Positions 8,315 to 17,380 of a stretch of 48,863 bases of DNA are shown here, piece by piece. This stretch comes from Gammaproteobacteria bacterium. Lineage in GTDB: Bacteria > Pseudomonadota > Gammaproteobacteria > JBAYZB01. The stretch spans positions 1 through 48,863 of the forward strand of contig JBAYZB010000001.1 of NCBI GenBank assembly GCA_041672765.1, read 5' to 3'. Position 1 is the stretch's first letter. Each line of letters begins with the position of its first letter. The notes under the pieces are model-generated. The model was not told the origin of the DNA. It saw only the letters and a list, made by a program, of their open reading frames with translations, and ran no database searches. A program made the position numbers and the translations under genes.

Positions 8315-9250
8315 TTACTCGATGTAACGCCGTTGGCGCTCGATGAAATCTGTGGTGGCGTCATAGCCCTTGAGCTTGAGGATGTGATTGCGCACCGCGG
8401 CTTCCACCAGCACGGCCAGATTGCGCCCCGGGGCGACCGGCAGGGTGATCTCGGGGATCTCCACGTCCAGGATCTTGCGCGAGCGGTGGTTTCCCTGCAG
8501 GCGGTCGATCTCCTGCATGCGTTTGCCGCTCATGCGCTCCAGGTGGATGATGAGGCGCAGGTACTTGCTCGTCTTGATCGCGCTGTCGCCGAACATGGCT
8601 CTGACGTTCAGCAGGCCGAGCCCGCGCACCTCAAGGAACGACTGCAGGGGTTCCGGGCAGGTGCCGATCAGGGCGTCGGGTGTGACTTGGGCGAATTCGG
8701 GCGCGTCGTCCGCGATCAGCCGATGGCCGCGCGTGATCAGTTCCAGGGCCAGCTCGCTCTTGCCGATGCTGCTGGCGCCGGTGATCAGGGTTCCGATTCC
8801 CATGACCTCCATGAACACGCCATGGAGCGTGATCTTTTCGGCGAAGAGGTTGCCGAGATAGTACTGCAGGTGGTCCACGACTTCATGGCTCGACAACGGT
8901 GAGCCGAACAGCGGCATGCCTGCCTGCTCGGCCTCTTGCTTCAGGTCGTCGGGCACCTTCAAGCCGTCCGTTACCAGCACCAGGGCGGTCTTGTCGGAGA
9001 GCAGTTGCCTGATGGCATCCGCGCGTGAGTTCTTGGCCAGCCGACGCAGGTAATGCAGCTCGGGGTTGCCCAGTACCTGCACGACGTAAGGGTGGATGAA
9101 GTTGAGGTGGCCGATGAGCGAGGCGCCGACCTTGTGTTCTTCATCCGATTGAACGAGACGCTCTGCGCCTGATCGTCCGGCGATCCACTCCAGCCGGAGC
9201 TTCGCCTTGTGATCCTCGAACAGCGTCTGCACGGAGACAGAGGCGATCAT
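8315..9250 (-). CDS. hprK: HPr kinase/phosphorylase
   Basis: GASSIGKSELALELITRGHRLIADD P-loop block. MIASVSVQTLFEDHKAKLRLEW N-terminus. ATG 9250 overlaps the ptsN stop (ATGA). Confidence 0.9.
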   Translation of the reverse strand: MIASVSVQTLFEDHKAKLRLEWIAGRSGAERLVQSDEEHKVGASLIGHLNFIHPYVVQVLGNPELHYLRRLAKNSRADAIRQLLSDKTALVLVTDGLKVPDDLKQEAEQAGMPLFGSPLSSHEVVDHLQYYLGNLFAEKITLHGVFMEVMGIGTLITGASSIGKSELALELITRGHRLIADDAPEFAQVTPDALIGTCPEPLQSFLEVRGLGLLNVRAMFGDSAIKTSKYLRLIIHLERMSGKRMQEIDRLQGNHRSRKILDVEIPEITLPVAPGRNLAVLVEAAVRNHILKLKGYDATTDFIERQRRYIE

Positions 9251-9717
9251 GCCGGCGTGTGTTGTGACTCCCATTGCAACAGCAGCTCGAAGAGTTTCTG
9301 GTCGCTGGCGGCCTCGCGCAGTTCCTTGCAGAGCACGCTGTCGCTGAACATCTCGGCAAGACGCGCCAGAATCTGCAGATGTTCTTCCACGGCCGTTTCC
9401 GGGACCATGAGCGCGAACAACAGGTCCACCGGTTCGTTGTCCACGGCGTCGAAGTCGACGGCGCGGTCCAGCTTGATGAACGCGCCGGTAGCCGCCGTAT
9501 CACCCTTGATGCGGCCATGGGGAATGGCGACTCCGTGCCCGAGTCCGGTGCTGCCGAGGCGCTCGCGTCCGATGAGGCTCTCGAACACCTCGCCTTGGGT
9601 GAGATGCGGCCTGCTGTGGGCAATCAGCTCGCTCAGCAGTTCCAGTGCGCGCTTCTTGCTGCCCGCCTGGACGCCGTATGCAACACGTTCGGGAGTGACT
9701 AGATCGGCGATTTGCAT
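9247..9717 (-). CDS. ptsN: PTS EIIA-Ntr (nitrogen regulatory IIA protein)
   Basis: 156 aa. STGLGHGVAIPHGRI phospho-His loop. Lies downstream of rpoN-hpf. Confidence 0.9.
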   Translation of the reverse strand: MQIADLVTPERVAYGVQAGSKKRALELLSELIAHSRPHLTQGEVFESLIGRERLGSTGLGHGVAIPHGRIKGDTAATGAFIKLDRAVDFDAVDNEPVDLLFALMVPETAVEEHLQILARLAEMFSDSVLCKELREAASDQKLFELLLQWESQHTPA

Positions 9718-9734
9718 GGCTTCAATTGAAGTCT

Positions 9735-9761
9735 CCCCGGACTCCGCGAGGAAGTCCGGGG
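9735..9761 (-). other. Perfect 9-bp GC-rich stem-loop in the hpf-ptsN spacer
   Basis: CCCCGGACT-(9 nt)-AGTCCGGGG. No U-tract follows it. Confidence 0.5.
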
Positions 9762-9775
9762 ATCGGTTGTGAGGT

Positions 9776-10090
9776 TCAGATCTTGACCGCCGCGTCGTTG
9801 CGGTGGTGATCGGTGAGCTTTTCCTTATGGCGCTTGACCTGACGGTCCAGCTTGTCGATGAGGGCGTCGATGGCCGCATACATGTCCTCGTCGACCGCAT
9901 CGGCATGGATGCTGCCGCCTCTGATGTACAAGGTCGCTTCGGCCTTCTGGCGCAGCTTCTCCACACTCAGGACCACGTGCACGTCGAGCACGTGGTCGAA
10001 ATGACGCTCCAGGCGCTCCATCTTGCTGGTCACGTAATCGCGCAGGGCTTGCGTGATGTCGATGTGATGGCCGGTCAGGTTGATTTGCAT
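9776..10090 (-). CDS. hpf: Ribosome hibernation promoting factor (sigma-54 modulation protein family)
   Basis: MQINLTGHHIDITQALRDYVTSKMERLERHF. 104 aa, immediately downstream of rpoN. Confidence 0.93.
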   Translation of the reverse strand: MQINLTGHHIDITQALRDYVTSKMERLERHFDHVLDVHVVLSVEKLRQKAEATLYIRGGSIHADAVDEDMYAAIDALIDKLDRQVKRHKEKLTDHHRNDAAVKI

Positions 10091-10119
10091 AATACGGCTC
10101 CTTCTTGGGTAGTAATTGT

Positions 10120-11619
10120 CTATGCCAGACGCTTGCGCTCGTTCGACGGAGGGATGGCCATCGCTTCACGATACTTGGCCACCGTCCGCCGTGCCACGTT
10201 GATGCCCTGCCGCAACAGCAGTTCCGCGATCTTGCTGTCGCTGAGCGGTTTGGCCGGATCTTCGCCGGCCACCAGCTTCCTGATCATCGCCCGTATCGCC
10301 GTGGCCGAACACTCGCCGCCGTCGGACGTGGTCACGTGGCTGGAGAAAAAGTACTTGAACTCGAATATCCCGCGGGGGGTATGCATGTACTTCTGGGTCG
10401 TCACCCGCGAGATGGTGGATTCGTGCATGTTCACCGCCTCGGCGATGTCGCGCAGGACCAGCGGCTTCATGGCCTCCTCGCCGTGTTCGAGAAAACCCCG
10501 CTGCTGTTCCACGATGCAGGTCGCCACCTTGAGCAGCGTTTCGCTGCGGCTCTGCAGGCTTTTCAGAAACCAGCGCGCTTCCTGCAGGTGATTTCGCAGG
10601 TAGGTGTTGTCGGTGCTCGAGTCGGCGCGCCGTACCAGGCTCGCGTAGTAGGGATTGATCCGGATACGCGGCGCCACCTCGGGATTCAATTCGACCCGCC
10701 ATACCCCCTTTTGTTTCCGGACGAACACGTCCGGGACGATGTACTGCGGAGGGGTCGTCTCGATCTGGGCGCCGGGTCGGGGATTCAGGGTCTGGATCAG
10801 CGCGATGGCCTGGCGCAGTTCCGATTCAGAGACCTTCAGTTGCCGGATGAGGTGGGCGAAGTCGCGGGAGGCCAGTTGGTCCAGGTGATCTTTGGCCAGT
10901 TTCTTGGCGGTCTCCAGCCAGGGGGTGTTGGGCGGCAATTGCTGCAGTTGTATGTACAGGCACTCGCCGAGGTTGCGCGCGCCCACGCCCACCGGATCGA
11001 AGTGCTGGACGCGGTGCAGCACCGCCTCGATCTCGTCCGTGTCCACGTCCACCTCGCCCGCGAGTCCCTGCTGGATTTCTTCCACGGTGGCGGTGAGGTA
11101 ACCGTCGTCGTTGATGGAGTCGATGATGGCCATGGCGATGGCCATGTCGGTTTCGCTGAACGGCGTCAGGCGCATCTGCCACAGGAGGTAATCCTGAAGC
11201 GACTCCGCCGTGCGCCCCTGGATCTCGAAATCCCGCTCCTCGGCGTCGGAGCCGCCGAGCGTGACCGGGGTGTCGTAGATATCCTCCCAGGCGCTGTCGA
11301 CAGGAAGCTCTTCAGGGATGGTCGTGTTGTCGCTCGCGGTTGCCTCGTATTCCGGCTCGCGCGCGTCCTCCGCAAGCGCCGTTTCGACCGCGTCGCCCTG
11401 GAGTGCCGGAAGCGCCTCGCCCTCGTCGTTCAAGCTGGCGCTCCCGTCGGTGTCCTCTGCCAACTCCAGCATGGGGTTGGTCTCCAGCGCGTGCTGGATC
11501 TCCACCTGCAGTTCCAGCGTGGACAGCTGCAGCAGCCGTATGGCCTGTTGCAGCTGCGGCGTCATGGTCAGGTGTTGACCAAGACGGAGCTGGATGGATT
11601 GTTTCATCGAATAGGACAT
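10120..11619 (-). CDS. rpoN: RNA polymerase sigma-54 factor
   Basis: [21 protein letters not shown] region I and the C-terminal RpoN box [10 protein letters not shown]. An alternative start at 11607 gives MKQSIQL. Confidence 0.95.
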   Translation of the reverse strand: MSYSMKQSIQLRLGQHLTMTPQLQQAIRLLQLSTLELQVEIQHALETNPMLELAEDTDGSASLNDEGEALPALQGDAVETALAEDAREPEYEATASDNTTIPEELPVDSAWEDIYDTPVTLGGSDAEERDFEIQGRTAESLQDYLLWQMRLTPFSETDMAIAMAIIDSINDDGYLTATVEEIQQGLAGEVDVDTDEIEAVLHRVQHFDPVGVGARNLGECLYIQLQQLPPNTPWLETAKKLAKDHLDQLASRDFAHLIRQLKVSESELRQAIALIQTLNPRPGAQIETTPPQYIVPDVFVRKQKGVWRVELNPEVAPRIRINPYYASLVRRADSSTDNTYLRNHLQEARWFLKSLQSRSETLLKVATCIVEQQRGFLEHGEEAMKPLVLRDIAEAVNMHESTISRVTTQKYMHTPRGIFEFKYFFSSHVTTSDGGECSATAIRAMIRKLVAGEDPAKPLSDSKIAELLLRQGINVARRTVAKYREAMAIPPSNERKRLA

Positions 11620-11657
11620 GGTGTGGTCGTCGCCGCAGGCCGAAGGCTCATTCTAAC

Positions 11658-11672
11658 GCAATTATTATGCCA
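11658..11672 (-). promoter_or_regulatory. Sigma-54 type -24/-12 element (TGGCAT-N5-TTGC, exact GG-N10-GC spacing) upstream of rpoN
   Basis: The minus strand reads cTGGCATAATAATTGCgt, with the GC 38 nt upstream of ATG 11619. A TAGAAT -10-like hexamer follows immediately. Confidence 0.4.
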
Positions 11673-11778
11673 GCGCAGGCCCCCTTCGCCGGATTCCCTG
11701 TCTTCTGTTCGTTTTTTTCTTCCGTCCCCGGCATTGTAGTGTGTTCCGGCCTGGGGAGCGCCTATTGTAATAGGTTCT

Positions 11779-12500
<722 letters not shown>

Positions 12501-12504
<4 letters not shown>

Positions 12505-13049
12505 GGCACTGTGCCCGGCTGTCTGGACGGACTGCCGGACGCGGCGTCCTTGGCTTTCGGCTGGATCGTGATGTAGACCCGCTGGCGTTCCGCGCCCGGC
12601 CTGGTGTCGCCCGCGTTCGCGACGCCGCGCGGTATGTCGTAGACGATACGCTCGCTCTTGAACTCGTTGGCGCCCTGCCAGAGCTTGGCGTTCTGCAGGA
12701 GGATCACCTTTTCCTCATTCGCGTAGTACTCGATGCGCTCGGCCGAGGCGTGCATGTCTTCCTGCTGGTTGTCGGGCCGCTGCTTGTAGGTGGCAGGCTT
12801 GCCCACCATGATGATGCGCTCGAGTTGTTCGTCCTTGTGGTGGACCGTCATGGTGTCGCCCGTCAGGCGCATGCTGCCCTGGGTCACTTTCACGTCGCCG
12901 CTGTACACGCTGACGCCGCGGCGCTCGTCGATCTCCACCTGGTCGGCCTCGATCTGTACGGGCTGGTCCTTGTCCGTCGATAGGGCATGGACGCAGGGGG
13001 GGGCGGCCAGGGCAAGAACAAGGAGCCAGTTAGCGGACTTTGGGGTCAT
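12501..13049 (-). CDS. lptA: LPS transport periplasmic protein LptA
   Basis: Signal peptide [22 protein letters not shown], then the OstA-like [37 protein letters not shown]. Its stop overlaps the lptB start. Confidence 0.88.
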
Positions 13050-13593
13050 ATATGCCTCGCACTGTGGACAACAACTGTATACGGCTTTCCTGGAAATAGA
13101 CGCGCATGCCGACGGCATCGACCCGCGCGCCGTTGCGCAGGATGGTGACCGGGGCGTCGGTCTCGGCATATTTCTTACTGGGCTGCACCCGCACGTCGCG
13201 GGTGATGATCCGGATCGGCCCGTCCTTGGCATCCTGCCAGATCAGCACGTTGCCCTGCAGCAGCACGGAGTCGCTGCGGCGGTACACCCAGCCCTTGTCC
13301 GCGTCGATCTGCCAGGGCGGCGCGTCCTGCCGGTACAGTTCGAGATGGGGCTTGGTGAGCTCCGCCGAATCGTCGTGGGGATAGTGGAACATGATGGGCG
13401 CCCGTAGACGGTCGCGCAGCCTTCCCTGCTCATCCAGGGCGCTGGCGGTGAAGTTCTCGATGAAATAATCCGGCGTCCGCAGACGCGGCTGCGCTGCGGT
13501 CGGCTGTGTGGTCTTGACGGCCTGCACCAGCCAGAGGCTCAAGGCCGCCAGGCCGATCAGGGCGATTGCGATGAGGAGGCGGCCGAGGGGCAT
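13030..13593 (-). CDS. lptC: LPS export system protein LptC
   Basis: Single N-terminal TM segment (LLIAIALIGLAALSLWLV). 187 aa, positioned between kdsC and lptA. Confidence 0.8.
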   Translation of the reverse strand: MPLGRLLIAIALIGLAALSLWLVQAVKTTQPTAAQPRLRTPDYFIENFTASALDEQGRLRDRLRAPIMFHYPHDDSAELTKPHLELYRQDAPPWQIDADKGWVYRRSDSVLLQGNVLIWQDAKDGPIRIITRDVRVQPSKKYAETDAPVTILRNGARVDAVGMRVYFQESRIQLLSTVRGIYDPKVR

Positions 13594-14114
13594 CAGAGAT
13601 ATTTGCCGAGCGCCTCGTCCAGCGTCCCCTGCGCCTCCATGATCAGTTCGCAGACATCCCGCGCCGCGCCGCGGCCGCCGCCGTTGGGGGTCTGCCAGTG
13701 GGCGTGTTTCTTGACCATGGGATGGGCATCCTGCACCGCGATGGCGAAGCCGACCCGGCGCATGACGGGCAGGTCCACGACGTCGTCGCCGACGTAGGCG
13801 ACATGATCCGGCTCCACGCCGAGTTGCTCGACCAGGGCCTCGAAGACCGGCAGTTTTTCGATGCTGCCCTGGTAGAGCAGCGAGACGCCGAGGTCCCGCA
13901 TGCGGTGTATCACCACGTTGGAGGTGCGCCCCGTGATGACCGCCACCTGTACGCCCGTGCGCTGGAGCATCTTGATTCCATGGCCGTCGCGGGAGTGGAA
14001 CGCCTTGTATTCTTCGCCGCTGTCGCTCAGAAACAGGCTGCCGTCGGTGAGCACTCCGTCCACGTCGAAGATTACCAAGCGGATGCGTGCCGCCCGTTCG
14101 AGGATGTCCTGCAT
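13593..14114 (-). CDS. kdsC: 3-deoxy-D-manno-octulosonate 8-phosphate phosphatase
   Basis: HAD motif I IRLVIFDVDGVLTDG, then YKAFHSRDGHGIKML and GDDVVDLP. Confidence 0.93.
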   Translation of the reverse strand: MQDILERAARIRLVIFDVDGVLTDGSLFLSDSGEEYKAFHSRDGHGIKMLQRTGVQVAVITGRTSNVVIHRMRDLGVSLLYQGSIEKLPVFEALVEQLGVEPDHVAYVGDDVVDLPVMRRVGFAIAVQDAHPMVKKHAHWQTPNGGGRGAARDVCELIMEAQGTLDEALGKYL

Positions 14115-14159
14115 GCGATCTTCCCTAGCTTTGTCCGGTTGAGTGTGAAGACGTTCGGG

Positions 14160-15260
14160 CTACACCACGCCGGCCCGCAGCAGATCATGCATGTTCAGCG
14201 CGCCCACGAGCCGCTTGCCGTCGCCCAGCACCAGCAGCGCATTGATCTTGTGGGTCTCCATGACGCGCAGCGCCTCGGCGGCGAGCGTGTCCGGCGTTAC
14301 CGTCTTGCAGTTGCGGGTCATCACCGTACCGATCCCGGTCTTGTGCACGTCCACGCCGTGGTCCAGGGCGCGGCGCAGATCGCCGTCCGTGAAGATGCCG
14401 ATGAGCCGGTCCTCGGCGTCCACCACCGCCGTCATGCCCAGGCCCTTCTTGGTCATCTCCACCAATGCCTCGCGCAAAAGGGCGGTTTCCGGCACCCGCG
14501 GTATCCGGTCGCCGGTGTGCATGAGATCGCCGATGAGGAGCAGCAGGCGCCGGCCAAGCCGGCCGCCGGGGTGGGAGCGGGCGAAGTCCTCCGCGGTGAA
14601 CCCGCGCGATTCCAGCAGCGATACGGCCAGCGCATCCCCCATGGCCAGGGCGGCCGTGGTGCTGGAAGTGGGGGCGAGCCCCAGGGGACAGGCCTCCTGC
14701 GTGACGCTCACGTCGATGTGCACGGTGGCGGCGCGGGCGAGGGTCGAATTCGGGTTGCCGGTGAGGGCGATGAGCGGCACGCCGAGGCGCTTGATCAGTG
14801 GGAGGATCGTGAGGATCTCCTCGGTTTCGCCGGAATTCGAGACGGCCAGCACCACGTCCTTGGGCGTGATCATGCCCAGATCGCCGTGGCTCGCCTCGCC
14901 CGGATGGACGAAGAAGGCCGGGCTGCCCGTGCTCGCCAGGGTCGCGGCGATCTTGCTGCCGATGTGGCCCGACTTGCCCATGCCGATCACGACGATGCGT
15001 CCCTCGCAATCCAGCATGTGGCGGCACGCTGCGATGAAGCTGTCATCGATGCGCTCCGCGAGCCGGGCCACCGCCTGGGCCTCGTTACGGATCACCGCGA
15101 GGGCGAGCTCACGCACCTTGTCGGCCTCCAGCGGATGGCGTGGCACCTCCCGGGAGACCGGGCGGATGGCGGACTGTTCCGGGGTGGCCGGGTCCGTTGC
15201 GCCAGCGCCATGCGGAGCAGGCTGCGCGGTTTTTTTTGGGAGCGTGTCTGCGGGGGGCAT
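14160..15260 (-). CDS. kdsD: Arabinose-5-phosphate isomerase (SIS + tandem CBS)
   Basis: RIVVIGMGKSGHIG SIS motif and a C-terminal CBS pair. ATG 15260 gives a ~45-aa Pro/Ala-rich N-terminal extension, so the real start may be further downstream. Confidence 0.88.
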   Translation of the reverse strand: MPPADTLPKKTAQPAPHGAGATDPATPEQSAIRPVSREVPRHPLEADKVRELALAVIRNEAQAVARLAERIDDSFIAACRHMLDCEGRIVVIGMGKSGHIGSKIAATLASTGSPAFFVHPGEASHGDLGMITPKDVVLAVSNSGETEEILTILPLIKRLGVPLIALTGNPNSTLARAATVHIDVSVTQEACPLGLAPTSSTTAALAMGDALAVSLLESRGFTAEDFARSHPGGRLGRRLLLLIGDLMHTGDRIPRVPETALLREALVEMTKKGLGMTAVVDAEDRLIGIFTDGDLRRALDHGVDVHKTGIGTVMTRNCKTVTPDTLAAEALRVMETHKINALLVLGDGKRLVGALNMHDLLRAGVV

Positions 15261-15466
15261 TATTTGGCGGACGCCTCGGGATAACCCAGTTCGGCGAGCT
15301 TTTGCGCCAGGGCCGAGCGGGAGAGGTTGTCGCCCTGGACGACCACCGTGCCGCTGGCGACCTCCACCTCGACGCTCGCAACGCCGGGCAGTGCGCCCAG
15401 ACCGTTGCGGATGTTGCTGGCGCAGCCGCCGCATTTGACGTTCTGCACGGAAAAGGTTTCCTGCAT
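15260..15466 (-). CDS. Heavy-metal-associated (HMA) domain protein, CopZ-like
   Basis: 68 aa. MQETFSVQNVKCGGCASNI carries the CxxC metal-binding loop. GAGGAG RBS is present. Its stop shares one base with the kdsD ATG (TAATG). Confidence 0.75.
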   Translation of the reverse strand: MQETFSVQNVKCGGCASNIRNGLGALPGVASVEVEVASGTVVVQGDNLSRSALAQKLAELGYPEASAK

Positions 15467-15750
15467 GACTAAAGTCTCCTCATGGTCCCGCCGGTGAGTG
15501 CCGTGGCGGGTTTGCTCTCGCGGTTTGCCTGCCATCCCAAGAGGGATGGCGGCAGGTGGATCAGATCATGGCCCGTTCCCGTGGCGGCCAGGGATTGGCC
15601 GCAGTCGCCGGAACGCGGCAAAGGTCATATTTGACCCGATGATGCGGCCTTTAGCAACGGCGCGCCGCTGCCGATTGCGGATCGTGGCCGCGGGTCCTTC
15701 GATTCGAATAGTGTAGTGCCGTTGTCCGCCAGGTCCCGGGATTGATGGGT

Positions 15751-15936
15751 TCAGGTCGCTTTGGTCCTGGTTGCGCCGCAACGCTTGCAGCGGTATGCGG
15801 TGACCAGCCGGCCCTGCTTGACGTCGAAGGGGTTGCTGCCGACCGCTTCCCATTTGTGGAAGCCGCTCTTGCACAGGGTTTTGCCGCGGTGCTTCTCCGC
15901 GGGGCGGGGACGTTTGAACGGGATGACTTCGCCCAT
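15751..15936 (-). CDS. Small (61 aa) Cys/His-containing hypothetical protein, zinc-ribbon-like
   Basis: MGEVIPFKRPRPAEKHRGKTLCKSGFHKW...YRCKRCGATRTKAT. An AGGTGG RBS lies 4 nt upstream of ATG 15936. Confidence 0.5.
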   Translation of the reverse strand: MGEVIPFKRPRPAEKHRGKTLCKSGFHKWEAVGSNPFDVKQGRLVTAYRCKRCGATRTKAT

Positions 15937-16118
15937 GGGGCCACCTTTCCGCAGTTCCGACGGCGCAATGATACACCGCAGCCCGAGTCCGCCATCCCGC
16001 CGTTGCAAGGCCTTGGTGCGTCTGGGATTGACCTATACTCGTGGATGTTCCCGGGCGTATTCCATTGACTCCCGTGCGTGCCGCGACGCGCGGAAAGATG
16101 CGAGGAGGCGTATCCGCC

Positions 16119-16700
16119 ATGAGCGCGAAAAAGATCCTGATGGTGGTCGGCGATTACGGCGAGGACTACGAGATCATGGTGCCGTTTCAGGCGCTGCAGA
16201 TGGTGGGGCATACGGTGCATGCCGTCTGCCCGGACAAGAAGGCCGGCGAACAGGTCCGCACCGCCATCCACGATTTCGACGGGGCGCAGACCTACAGCGA
16301 GAAGCCCGGCCACAACTTCACCCTGAACGCGAGCTTCGCCGAGGTGCGGCCGGAGGACTACGACGCGCTGGTGATTCCGGGCGGGCGCGCGCCCGAATAT
16401 CTGCGCCTGAACCGCCGGGTGCTGGACATCGTGCGGCACTTCGCTGAGGCCGACAAGCCCATCGCCGCCATCTGCCACGGCGCCCAGATTCTCGCTGCGG
16501 CGGGGGTGCTGGAGGGGAAGGAGTGTAGCGCCTATCCGGCGGTGGGGCCCGAGGTCACCCGCGCGGGCGGGCGGTATCAGGACATCGCCATGGACCAGGC
16601 GCACGTGGAGGGCAAGCTGGTCACCGCGCCCGCCTGGCCGGCGCACCCGGCGTGGCTCGCCCGGTTTCTGGAGGTGCTGGGCACGCGCATCGAGCCCTGA
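16119..16700 (+). CDS. DJ-1/PfpI family protein (class I glutamine amidotransferase-like)
   Basis: [35 protein letters not shown] and the nucleophile elbow [20 protein letters not shown] precedes ATG 16119. Confidence 0.85.
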   Translation: MSAKKILMVVGDYGEDYEIMVPFQALQMVGHTVHAVCPDKKAGEQVRTAIHDFDGAQTYSEKPGHNFTLNASFAEVRPEDYDALVIPGGRAPEYLRLNRRVLDIVRHFAEADKPIAAICHGAQILAAAGVLEGKECSAYPAVGPEVTRAGGRYQDIAMDQAHVEGKLVTAPAWPAHPAWLARFLEVLGTRIEP

Positions 16701-16995
16701 TGCCGAGTGTGCGGCAGCGGTCCGGACGGGTTTCCCCGGCGTGTCCGTAAACCGCCGCAGGCCGCGGCAGATGGCGCTTGTCAGCGGAACCGGCGCCGTG
16801 GTCCCGTACACCTGGCGCAAGGGCAGCCGCTGCCGGTGACCAGAATCCTCAATAAGCAGTTCCATCCTCTGGCCATCAATACTCGTAGCTTTCGTATGGC
16901 TGGCCCAAGACCGGCCGTATCCGCTCCAGCGGCCTGCGCTGGAACCGAGTGATCCCGTTCCGGGACAGCCGAAAAACGCCTTGACAACCGGCGCT

Positions 16996-17138
16996 TTAAC
17001 GCAAAGACGCAAAGGCCATCAAGAGCGCAAAGCCAATGAAGTACGGATTGGACTTCCGGCTCCGGCATGTTCCCGGACTTTACGGTTGCCTGCTCAGGCT
17101 GCCGTAATTCTTCATGAATGCTTTGCGCCTTCGCGTTG
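16996..17138 (-). repeat. Copy B of the dispersed ~145-bp inverted-repeat element, inverted relative to copy A
   Basis: The reverse complement of 17097-17138 aligns with 4811-4863 (TCAACGC.AAGGCGCAAAG...TTCATG..GAATTACGGCAGCC). 16996-17040 aligns with the reverse complement of 4911-4957. Confidence 0.7.
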
Positions 17139-17249
17139 ATCGCTCTCGCGCTGGTAGGGCTGGGCGCCTTGGCAGGACGCCGCCCCCATCCGGAGAAAAT
17201 GGCAACCGTTATAATGGATTGGATGCTGGCGAAGGTGGGCCGTATGGCG

Positions 17250-17357
17250 TTACGGCGGCGTACCCGGATTCCGCCGGCGGGTTTCGTGAAAGACCCGTGC
17301 CTCGCTGCGGCCGGCAAAGCCCGGTGCGGAGAGCTTGTAGAACAGGTCGAATTCCAT
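17250..17357 (-). pseudogene. Possible N-terminal remnant of a luciferase-like (LLM) flavin monooxygenase gene
   Basis: 35-codon ORF MEFDLFYKLSAPGFAGRSEARVFHET... resembles LLM N-termini. The frame then breaks. AESGYAAV in another frame may continue the homology. Confidence 0.3.
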
Positions 17358-17380
17358 GAATACGACAAACGGGACGGAGG

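Noticed and set aside
10105-11739. 544-aa plus-strand ORF antisense to rpoN. Similar antisense ORFs lie at 13698..15284, 23308..24660, 37871..39382 and 42372..44174.
   Set aside because: Each lies opposite a gene with unmistakable conserved motifs (rpoN, kdsD/kdsC, murA, lpoA, ftsI). Their compositions are typical of GC-driven spurious frames.
11761-11774. Palindrome CCTATTGTAATAGG 5 nt after the lptB stop.
   Set aside because: The arms are only 6 bp with a 2-nt centre, which is too short for a terminator. There is no U-tract and no second copy in the window. It could be a protein site, but I have no support for that.
15623-15636. Inverted repeat GGTCA-TATT-TGACC, plus a nearby bulged hairpin (15527-15556), upstream of the HMA gene. 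I considered them as a possible metal-regulator operator.
   Set aside because: The palindrome lies about 160 nt from the ATG and does not match MerR/CueR, CsoR or ArsR operator patterns that I know. No regulator gene is adjacent. The arms are only 5 bp.
15651-17012. 453-aa minus-strand ORF spanning the small protein gene, the DJ-1 gene and the repeat.
   Set aside because: It overlaps two better-supported genes and a non-coding repeat. It has no recognisable domain. The segment MELLIEDSGHRQRLPLRQ did not match any family I know.
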